A stretch of DNA of 56,856 nucleotides. It comes from Octopus sinensis (taxonomy: Eukaryota). The number at the start of each line of letters is the position of its first letter. Position 1 is the first letter of the stretch. This document shows positions 1 through 11,700 of this stretch, piece by piece. The notes below the pieces were generated by a model, which did not search any database, was not told where the DNA came from, and saw only the letters and a list, made by a program, of their open reading frames with translations. The position numbers and the translations under genes are program-made. The stretch spans positions 1 to 56,856 of the forward strand of contig NW_021833610.1 in the NCBI RefSeq assembly GCF_006345805.1, in the 5' to 3' direction.

Positions 1-2440
1 TGCTATCAGCTAACATGAAACAGGAATCACTGGTTTCCTAATTCCACACTCCAAAGCATTAGATGCAACAACAATGTCTATTTCAGGATGAAAATACAGT
101 AGACTCAATATCTGCGATTAGAATTTTATCAAATTTTTCCAATTGTGTTTTGGCATTTAACCGACCAATTCCATTTTACTTCCTTTTTAATAAGTCATTC
201 ATTTGAGCTCTTAATTTGTGCATGTTAAGAATGTAGTTTTGGTAGTAGATTGCCAGCCCAACAAACGCTTATAACGTTGGTATATTTGTCGGAACAGGCA
301 CATTCTTTATTGCATCTGCCCTCGATGGATCAGGCCATCTACCATTTTTATCAATCATTTGCCCTAAGTACATAATTTGAGGCAAAAGGAATTTGCATTT
401 TACTTCACTCAAATTGAACCTGTACTCTTTAATTTTCTTGAACACAGCTTTTATATGCTCAATATGCTGTTCACATGAATTACTTTTAATCAATATTTTG
501 TCTAAATAAGGGACTGTAAATTCACAATCATATAACATAGCATCCATGATTTGCTGAAATATTGCCGGTGTAGCCTTTAATCCAAAATCTAACCAGGTAT
601 GTCCGTACAATCCTCTGTGTACATTTATTTTCAGATACTTTGAGCATTTGTCATTTTCTTTAATATGTAAATAAGAGTCAGACAGATCCAATTTAGAGAA
701 ATTTTTTCCACCATTTAATTTTTGCGAAAATGTCCTCTGGTATCAAGAGTGGATGGTGGCATATCTTTAAGCAGTCTTTTAATCCTGTAGAGAAATTGGC
801 ACACAGTCTAATATTATCATTTTTCTTCTTAATGTACAACATGGGTGCTGCCCACTTAGAGTAATCCACTTTTTAGATGAATCCACTCTCTTCCAGTCTG
901 TCTAACTCTTTATTTATGATTTCAATTGCTGCAGATGGTACTTTTCTGTTAGATTTAAATATAGGCACAGCGTTTTAACTTATTTAAAAGCAGGCATTGG
1001 TCTTTTTATATAGACCTATGTCCACTGATAGTACTTGGGGAAACATCAATTCCTCACACGATTTATTTCTAACAGGACAACCATTTATGTTTTTGCAGTA
1101 GAGACTTATGGGGAGGTACCATAGGTCAAATAACTCCAACCAAACTTTACCAAACTGATTGATTGTATTCTCCACAAAGAATATTTTGGCTTTGCATGTT
1201 TCTCCTTGAAATGTGATGCCTGTACACATTTCACCCATGAAATGTAGTTTATCGCCCGTTTACTCAACCTCAGTTTCCCAATTTTTGCCCATGTATCCGC
1301 ATTAATGATAGAAATATCCCTACCCATATCCAGCTGTTGTTTAATGCTTATTTTTGTTTGTATGAATATTCTTGTTTTTGTGTTGCATTCACTTAAAACA
1401 TTTTGCATCCAACTCTTGTAATCTTGTCCTACAGTGTGAGCTCTTGCGACCAAGTTTCTGACACCTACAGCATTTTTGGTTTTTAAACGGACACGCTTCC
1501 CTGAAGTGTAGGCCTTCACATACGTAACATGGATTGGGGCCTGGCACTGTTTTTTGGTTGTACTTTCCGGGTTGACACATCTGTATTTTTGCAGAATCTT
1601 TTTCTTGAATTATTTTCATGCAGTGCTTCAGGTTTACCATTGTTTGACATTCTTCTGCAATGGTCTGTAGACCATTGCAGTCTTGGTTCGCTTGCTCCAT
1701 TTTAGAAAACCCTTGCCTGAATTTCTCTATCTTCATTTGCCATAAGGCTTTCTATGAAGATAAGCGATTTAAACATATCCTCAGTGAGTTCCTAAAGTTT
1801 AGAATTTTCACACATATGGTTAACTTCTCTGGCATATGTAATAAAGTCATCACTTTTCATTAAGTTCCAACATTCCATTTGAGTGATAAATAATGATCTT
1901 TGATTATTACATGCAACCCTTGTTAAAATTTTCCTTGTACCTTCTATGGTATGCAGAAAACATAATACCCTCCTCTGGATTATAAGTGAATTCAGAAATT
2001 GAGTTTGCCATGATGTCTGCTGTAAACGAACTTACCGAATTTTTAAACTTCCTTCACTGTGACTCAGTTAACCGTTGTTGTTGTTGTAATATTTGCTTCT
2101 GTAACTCCTGTAGTTGTTTTGGTTGCTTCTCTTGAAGCTGTATTACTGCTGCTAATAGCTTCTCCATAATTTAACAATTTGTATGATGCTCAAATTGACA
2201 AATAACCTCTGTGAGCTTTGAAAAATCCTCGTTGTGAGATGTTATATCTTTACGCCTCCAATATTGTTGATGATAGATAAAGACTACACCGTAACAGTGT
2301 TATAACAATACAAAATAGAAACAGCAGCAGTAAAAAAAACACAATGAACCAACAATCAGTATTTCCAACACACCAACTCAAACTCTAAACTGTATCTGGA
2401 CTTCAATGACCAAACTGTGAACTCCCGACTACATCAGACA
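1..2440 (-). mobile_element. Degenerate Ty3/Gypsy LTR retrotransposon (gag knuckles, protease, RT, start of RNase H), possible LTR at about 2265-2440
   Basis: CYVCEGLHFREAC and CCRCQKLGRKSSHC knuckles; LDMGRDISIIN protease relic; RT with GLKATPAIFQQIMD and YLDKILI; many frameshifts. The putative LTR reads TGT...ACA on the minus strand and is followed by a TGG, but no second LTR is present to confirm it. Confidence 0.85.
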
Positions 2441-2612
2441 GATTCTATTTATATGAAGTGGTGCCATCTACTCTCGTCAGGGGTGTCGTACAACAAATAT
2501 ATATATGTACCTTAGGACTCTGGTTGAGACCCAGTTGGAAAATGAAAATAAAATTCAATCAGAAAATGATAACAACAATAATAAGAACCCTGTATTGTTG
2601 TGGACAACTTAC

Positions 2613-2794
2613 TCGAGGTTCTGTCAAGTCCACATCAAATGGTATTTTCTCAGTTGTTAATAGAGAATTGTACTCCTTTTTAACAGTTTCTATAGCATTG
2701 TCAAGATTTTGGTATTTAGCTAAGAATTTCAATGTGACACCAACATCTTTTTGACCAGCAAAGACATTATCTTCTATTTCTTCATCTTCATCAT
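2613..2794 (-). CDS. PARP14: Post-macrodomain linker exon (182 nt, phase 1 to 0)
   Basis: ttcttctatttcag|ATGATG ... CGA|gtaagt; encodes DDEDEEIEDNVFAGQKDVGVTLKFLAKYQNLDNAIETVKKEYNSLLTTEKIPFDVDLTEPR; phase matches exon 8029-8083. Confidence 0.75.
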
Positions 2795-5700
2795 CTGAAA
2801 TAGAAGAAATATTCATTTTGTCAATGAAAAATAACCAAACAAGCAGCAGAAGATTTCTTATGGTGCAGCTTCAAGATTAAATAATAATTGTAGTGTTTCC
2901 TGTTTTTCTGTTCAGTGAAGAGCTATCGGTTCTTGAAATAATGAAGTTAACCTGAAAAAGATTATCACCATATCCCTGTGGGGAGTGATATCAACTGCTC
3001 TTTAATTATTGCTATATATTACTATCTAGTACATGTTTACAATATGACTATTTCAGACCACTGCTACCATCCTGAGACTCTGCGTAGTGAATGATGTCAA
3101 GTGTTGTTAAAATTATTTCTTCTTTTTTTGTATTCAAGTTTAAATTCTCTCTAATTCATCATCATCATCATTCGAAATCCAATGTCCATGCTGGCATGGA
3201 TTAAATAGTTTGACCAGGGATGGTAAGCTGAGGGGCTGCACCAGAATCCAGTCTCATTTGGCATGGTTTCTACAGCTGGATGTCCTTCCTAACGCCAACC
3301 ACTCCGAGAGTATAATGGGTGCCAATTTGCATGACTCTGGTATCTACCACAACTGCAATTTTTCTTGGCTTGATGGGTCTTCTTTTCAATTATGACATAA
3401 TGCCAAAGATCTCAGTCATTGCCTCCGTGAGGCCCAATACTTGAAAGGAGCTTTTCATATGCCTCTGGCCCCAGCCATTTTGTGTCCATAAGGCCCAATG
3501 CTTCAAAGGTGTTTTTTACACCAGAACGGGTGCCAGTTACAACTATGATTTTACTTGGCTTGAAGGGTCTTCTCAAGCAAAGCATATCGTCAAAGGTCTC
3601 AGTCACTAGTCATTGCCTCTGTGAGACCCTACATCTGAAGATCATGCTTCATCACCTTGTCCCATGTCTTCCTGGGTCTACCTCTTCCACAGGTTCCATC
3701 CACAGTTAGAGATCGGCACTTCTTTACACAGCTGTCTTTGTCCACATGCATCACATGACCATACCTGAGCAGGCATATATATGTCATCAACATCATTATC
3801 ATCATTGCCGTTTGATGTCTGCTTTCGGTGCTGGCATGGGTTGGATGGTTTGACTGACAACTGGCAAGCTGGGAGGCTGCACCAGGCACCAATCTGATTT
3901 GGTAAGGATTTTACAGCTGGATGCCCTTCCTAATGCCACCCACTGAGAATGTAGTACATGCTTTTTATGTGCCAGTCAGGTGGCACTGGTATGGGCCACA
4001 TTTGGTTCATGCTTTTTACATGCCACTGGTAGAGGTGGCACTGGTATCGGCCACGCAAAAGCTGATACAAGAATCTTCATTCATCATAATAATCATTTTG
4101 ACCCATCTAGCATCAATCCCTCATGGGTGGGATACTGTACAACTGGTTTAGGTATATCCCTTGGTATAGATGTGTCTAAGGTGTCTGCAAGAGGTATCTC
4201 ATTAAAATAAACTCTGGTTCCATCCTTCTCTAGCAACCAGCACTTCTTTATACAGCTACCCTCATCCATACATTTCACATGTGCATACAACTGCTGCGTT
4301 CTCTCTTGCATGTCATATCTGATGCCTCTTTTGCCAGTCTCTCTCAACATATACTTTGTTCACACATGCACACTGACATTGCACATAAAATGGAGTATAT
4401 TGGCCTTCATTTCCCTCTAGTTTTCACATGTCCTCTGATTCAGGGCTATTGTTTCACTTTCATGTAGCATTACTGTTCACACACAAGCATTATACAATCT
4501 ACCTTTGGTTCTGAGAAGAAGAGGACTTTTGTTACCAACAGAAGTAGAAGGTCTCTGAACATTCTCATGCTGGTTTTTTTTCTAGCAACTATACTTTCAG
4601 TACATCCACCTCCACTGCTAATTAATCTACCTAAAGAGCAGAAGCAATCTGCTACCTCTAGGTACACTGTATGGAATTTCTACATACACCTTTTCTATAT
4701 ATTGAAGCGACTACAGTCCTGTCTGTTTGCCTACTTTGGTCTTTGCTAAGTTGACTCAGAGGCCCTTTCACATTATGCAACAAACACAATAACAATTCAA
4801 CATAAACAAGGAATAATATATAAACATATATGAAACACAATAATTTAAGCAAAATATAATTTAATTCAAAGACCTGGAAAGCATTTAAGGAAAGCAACCC
4901 ATGTAGAGGGAGAAATCAACTTAGCTAAGTCGAACCAGAAAGTTGAACCAGAATATCCCATCAATATTGACTTTCTGCCACTCATTCAAACTGCTATATT
5001 CAAAGGTGCTGGACAAAAAGATAAGGTGGTGTGCTGGCAAAATGCGTAGCCGTATTTCGTCTGCCGTTACATTCTGAGTTCAAATTCAGCCGAGGTCGAC
5101 TTTGCCTGTCATCCTTTCGGGGCTGATAAATTAAGTACCAGTTACACACTGGGGTTGATGTAATCGACTTAAACCATTTGTCTGTCCTTGTTTGTCCTCT
5201 CTGTGTTTAGCCCCTTGTGGTAGTAAAGAAACATATATTCAAAGGTGCAACTGGACAAATTTACTATTATCCCAAGGATGAAATATTCCACATCCTCTAC
5301 AAAATTGCACATTAGTGGTTCATGGATAGCTCATGTGATTCTTTTGCTAGTGTTCTCTTGTATGGGTGTTGCACAAAATCAGAGCAGAGTCCATCTCCTC
5401 TTCATTCAACTTGCGGATGCTTAATTTTGTCTTCTTTTGGTGCACATGATGGTTCCATCAGTTCTTCTTTTGTTTCACAAAGAACTGTGAACTTCAATTG
5501 AGTGAATCTGGGGTGTGAGGGTGGTGGTGGTTGTGGTGGATTCTCCTTATATGTTTCTCTTGTCTGTACTCTGTCTCCTTGTCACATCTCTTCTGGAAAC
5601 TTGGTGCATCCAAAGGCACCCACAAGTATTTCTAAGGTTGTATGTGACATGTCGTACCCCACATCATTTGGGTAATTAGTTTTAAGTTGTCGCAGTTAAT

Positions 5701-8700
5701 TATTGTAGTCTTTACGGTTAAGCGTGACATGAGGCTCTGCCCTGCTGCACTAGAATTACTGCTTTGGGTTCTGAACTCATCGTGGGTCACAGCCCTAGAG
5801 TGGACTTGGGGTTTTCATTGATGGTTAAGATATATAAATCTATAATGACCCTTCCTGAGTAAGGTTACCTTTGTGCTGTCCACTTACCCTATAAAGGTGA
5901 CAACCGACGAGGGACCAATGTCACTGCTGATGGTGTCATTGCTGTCACTTTTGTGTCCCACTTGACAATGCAGTGCATTATGTATAGACCCAGGTGTAGG
6001 ACTTGTGTGAAGAACAAGTTGAACAAAACAGGGTGAGCACACAGCCATGTTTTAGGCCATTGAAGATGTCAAAAGAGTTGGTGCAGTGAGTATTGCACAA
6101 AAACATATCCGGTTATGTTGTCGTGAAAGAGTCTTGTCAGTGGTCCTATCACCTCGCACCTGTCATCAAGGCTGGACTGGAACTACTGCTGGTACTTGGC
6201 TGATAGGAGTCTGGCCATGCTGAAGGCTGGTCTAATGAGCTCTCAGCCATTGTGGTGTTCGGGAACTACGCAGATGTTGAGCTTGGCTCTTATTAGTTTG
6301 TGGTCAGTCGAGCACTCTGTCCCATGCATTCTCCTGGTGATGAGGATGTCACTGCTATCACGCTGTTTTGAATGCAGATGTGTCCGTGATGTTTTATACT
6401 TATCAGCCAGCAGGAAGATGATGTTGGTAATCAGCAGGTTGTGCTCGGCGAATTTGCTCGGCAACTGAAGACCATTGCTATTCATTTACACAACTCCATA
6501 CTTCCATCTAACCCTTCTCCACCACTCTTTATCCTTGCCAACAACAGCATTGAAGTACCCTAGTATTATAAGCTTGTCAGTAGCAGGCATGTGATGTAGC
6601 ACAGTGTCCCAGTCAGCACAGAACTGCTCTTTGATCTCTTCTGAGCATGAGATTGTAGGGTCATACCCACTCATGACAGGGACGAAGTGTTTGTGGCTGA
6701 TAGGGAAGTAGAGTTTCATAGGCTTTTCATTTACACCTGTATGAAGGTTGGGAGACTGTTTCAGGAGACAGGACTTAATGGTTTCTCCAAATACATATAT
6801 TCTCTTCTCATGTACAGTCTTTCCTTTCCAGAAGAAAGTGTAGCTGCTGCCTGATTCTGTCAGGGACCATTCCTCAGCCTAGATTGCTGCTAGGTCGATA
6901 TTGTATCACCACAATTCTTTGGCTAAGAATGATCCTTGTAGCAATGGTTAGGTCTTTCTTTCTCCGTTTGAATTGACTGCAAATGGCTAAGTCTGTCAGC
7001 TGCGAGTAGTTGACCAAATCTGTTCAGGGAAAGCTTTCTTTAAGGCACTTTTTCTAGACCCTTATCTTACTAGGGTGTGCAGTGTGGTCCTAATAACACT
7101 GCTCAGTCACTTAGGTTGCTGTTAAATTTTCTGATGTGTAATGCAATGACAGTGACCACTGGTCTGCTGGTCTCCTATGTGCAGGCTTGTGACTAGAACT
7201 CTGAGCACTCATCTCCACCTGCTGTCTTCACCAATGGTCTATCTCACCACAGGGTATGAGGTTGACTGTTGGAAGGCTGAGAAGCACAGACACCTGTGCA
7301 TGAAATTGTTGTAAGTTTGGAAGCCATTACACAAAGATAATTGCACTCTCTCATCAAGAAAAAAATACTTGAGTCAGTGGCATGGAACATCGCTATGGTT
7401 GGAGACCGTTTCTGCAGCAGGGGATGACCAGAGGCCCATAGTGATTCATCATGCAGCATGCACCCTACAAAACCTGCTGGTACTGTCAGTCCTATGGAAT
7501 GTGATTAACCACCTCCCACAAGAGTTACTAACCCTCCCTGATATAAAGAAATTACACATATGTAAATACAAAAATATACAAATACAAAAATATAACAATA
7601 TAATAGAATATGAAATAAGAATACAAAAATATCAAAAAGAAAAATGCTAAAACTATCAAAATATAAAAGGGGTGCATAAAAATATAAATATAAATGTATA
7701 ATATAGAAATATGAAAAAGAAGTTTTGAAAATACGCAATTCAGATATACTTTCATGCACGTGCACACACACACAAACCAGACATACATATATACACATTA
7801 TTGAATGGCCATTGTCTACTCATGAGATCCTTCACCTTTTCGCAGGTTGAATTTCCCATCCTACAGGGTATCCAACAAATACCCAGCAAGCTCAGTGTAG
7901 TGGCCAGTTTAGTCACTGACCATCCGACCATGTGATACGTTGTACTGCGTTACATGTTACCAGTAGCAATTAAGTGTGACATGACATAATTTGAATATAC
8001 ATTTAAGATAAATAAAAAAAGTATTTACCTGATGATGCAGCTGAACTACCTGTTGTGTTTCCTTGGAAATATTCATCAAATTTCTGTTAGAAGTAAACAA
8101 ATAATTTATCATCACTCAATCAAAAACATAATTTCATAATTAATTTCTGTTAATTTCAATGCAATGCTTTTATTCATTGCTTCTATCATGAATGTTGTTT
8201 TAAATTTACATTTCTATTCACTGTATTATAAAATAAACTCCTACGATGGACAGGGTTTGGAATATTCTGTCGTTCGGTGAGGAATTGTTACTTAAAGAAT
8301 AAGAAAACATTATTCATGGAATTGTAATTGCTTTCGAGACTCCATGTTATGTCCAAGCATCAGCTTAAGTCTTCATTATTTTCAAAACTGATTAAAACCA
8401 AAAGAAGAACATTTCTGTTGAAACAGACTGGCTTTGAGTAAATTCCAGTGAATTACTGGTATGTCAACAGTGCTTTACTTCAATGCTATATATACTGTCC
8501 TACAGAGTATATCTGCAGATGTGTACCCAACACTGGAGAAAGAAGAAAAGGAACTGGTCCAGCCAAACAATCTTTTTCTGTCCCCAACACATATTGTATA
8601 CAGAAAGTGTATGTATGACCCTCAGTTTATACACACCCGTCTTACTATACATACAGAATATAGTTGTATACAAACAACGTACTTACATTAGTCTATATGT

Positions 8701-11700
8701 ACAAATATAGTCTATAGATGTTTACATTAGTCTGTATATACAGATGCTGTATATCAACACTAGACATTTCAAATAACAACTCTGACTATTACACACTTCT
8801 ATGCACAATGAAAAGATATGAGAGATAAACTATTATGATTTGTTTCTTTGCTTTAATTTTTGCATTATTCTATTCATCTCCTGCTTGTGTTTGTATCATG
8901 TTGAAACAAACCCATCTTTAATTTAATTTAATTTAATCCACCATCATCAAAGTTTCTCTCCTAATGCCTCATTTCCTCATTTAATTATTAACGTCAATGT
9001 AAATATATATCTCTGTTATTGTAAATATATCTCACCTCTCCTCTATCTCCATTACTTCATCAGCTGTGGAAATGTGCAAATCCCATCATTTCATCTTTTC
9101 CTTACTCATGATGTGCCCATCCGCTCATGCTCTCATTACCTACATTTCTTCTGTACTGGAACCCCTCCCAACAATCCTTCTTCTGCCCTCCCCACTTCCT
9201 TCCCTTCATAGTTGCCTCTCATCCATATCACTGCAACACTAATGTCGTACTTTCTATACTTTGCACCAAAATGCAGAACCTATCAGTCCGTTAATTGATT
9301 AACTAATTAGTTATTTTCATATGTTCATTACTGTATTAACAATGCTTGTATAGCCCTCACTTCAGGCAGATGCAGCAAGTATAAGATGAATGAATAATGG
9401 CAGATAAAATGCATAGACAATTGATATGGCATGCCTGGTGGGAAACGTTTGCTGAATCCTTCCTCCCAGATGCTGAATGCCATTCTCCTTCTCCCTCTTA
9501 CCCCCTGCCCCAACCTCCTGAAGTTCCCTACAATTGGCTTTGTCAATGTAGACACATTGAAAGCTAGGTCTGTTGAGATGTTCTAACAGAGGTGTTTCGA
9601 TGTGTGCTGCCTTCAAGAAGTAAGGTGGAGAGGAGCTTCGTCCATATACCTCACAGGCAAAATACATATCTATATAATCTTCTGGGAAAGCAACAGCGAT
9701 GGGGTAGGCGGAGTAGTCATACTTCTAGCTAGGAAATGGGTGGGTAATGTAGCTGAGGTAGTCAGAGTGTGTGTTTGGGTACTTGAGCTCAGAGTAGTTT
9801 TGTAGAGTTGTACGGCAACAGTTATTTCTGCCTATGCCATTCAGATTGGTCTGCCAAATGAACAGAAGGATTGCTTTTATGATATTCTTTGGCAGATCAT
9901 CTCAAAAACTTTGAATGATCGGATATTTAGAGATGTCCTAATTGAAACTTAATATGAACCAGGAAGAGATAGAGATATGTAAAATAGAGGACAGCTAGAA
10001 GTTCTTACGAGACAACTGGAAATGAAAGATCCGGACGCTTAACAATTGTAAGGAAGTTCAGGAGGGTGGAGTAGGGTGTAAGATGGAGAAGGAGAATGAC
10101 ATGCAGCATCTGGGAGGAAGGATTCGGCAAGCATTTCCCATCAGGCATGCCATATCAGTTGTCTATGCATTTTCAGTGAAGCATTTAATGAAAAAGAGGG
10201 GAGTTACAGACGTGTAACACAGAAGATACAGGGAAGTTCCCATGAATCAATTTACTGAGATCTGCAGACCAAGTTTTGTGGGTGGTGTTAAATCTGAATC
10301 AGACCTATGGTAGCATGGTGTTGGAACAGTGTAGTAGACAGGGCCATTAGAGTGAAGAAAGAGGCCTGGAAATGTGATGGTAGTAGAGAAATATATGAGC
10401 AGGGAAACTAGGAGACAGGTATACTCAGCAGGAAGTAGTGAGTTTGTCAGTTCTTTCTATTGCGTGAGGACTTGAGGCTTGAGGTGTTTTGTATGTGAGG
10501 AAAAACCGTGATGTTGTAGGAGAGAATTATATTTGGAACAAGGGCAGTAAATGATCAGTTCTATTTCTTTTCTTTATTGTGGAATATTGGTTTTTGGTAA
10601 ATTCCAAGAATATCAACATCAAACAACAAATAAATCAACCAACCTTTACTATTTCTGTGTCTTGAGGATAAACCATGAAGTAAACATCTTTGATCTGGCT
10701 TGAATTTTGGTTTGAGTAGTTTTTCACTGCTTCAGACATTGTTCTGGGTAGATTTTCAATGGGGTACTTCAATGTTCCAGCTCCTAATATAGGAAATGCA
10801 AGGCTTTTTGCTCCCATTCTCTCAGCAGTTTCCAGACAAGTCGTTATTATTTGAGTCAAGTTTGCCAGAATCTAAAAAAAATAATTGTTTAGTAATTGAT
10901 AATGAACATTTTATGGAACTATTTCCAAATTCTTCTTACAGGGAGAAATCATTAAGTTGTAATAAATATATTCTTTGATTAAGAAATTTCCCACATATTC
11001 CGCCGATATGAGCCTCGAAAGGAGAGTAAAAGGACTCGGGGGCAGTTTCTGAAGGACCCGTACGGTTTTACTAAGAAGCTGTTCGCTGAACCGAAGAGTG
11101 GTAATTTATCGTGCACTAAAGAAGAATTGGATGCTCATATTAAGGAAACCTACAGTGATCCGCACCGTAACCAGCCGCTGCCACCTCTACATGGGCTAAA
11201 TCATCTCTCAGGACCTGATATTGAATTCCAGATTGGGGACATCAGGGACAGAGAGGTGAATGACTTCGTAAGAAAGACTAGAGCAAAGAGTGCCCCAGGA
11301 GGTGATGGCTTCTCATATAAAGTCTCACAAGTACTGCAATCGTCTGCGAAAGAAGCTCTTTGTCCTATTCCGACAACTGTGGCATGAGGAGACTATAGTA
11401 GAGGATTGATGTAAGGCAGAAGGTATATACCTGCCGAAAGAGGCCAATGCAAAGACCACAAAACAGTTTAGGCCGATATCCTTATTGAATGTGGAAGGCA
11501 AGACCTTTATGGGAATTCTGTCGAGGAGAACAGTGACATATTTACAGAGTAACGGATATGATGATGAATCTGTTCAAAAGGCTGGAATCCCTGGGATCCC
11601 TGGATGCATTGAACACTGTTTTTCGATTTGGAAAGCAATCCAGGACGCCAAACAGAACAAGAAAAGTCTGAACGTAGTATGGCTCGATCTAGCTAACGCG

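Noticed and set aside
7505-7798. Hydrophobic low-complexity ORFs here and at 39356-39598, 45325-45577 and 52499-52813
   Set aside because: Translations of microsatellite or AT-rich tracts, not credible proteins.
8461-8691. Paired plus-strand ORFs MSTVLYFNAIY... (also 18260-18505)
   Set aside because: Their similarity is explained by the cassette duplication; the frames diverge after about 55 codons and there is no splice or homology support.
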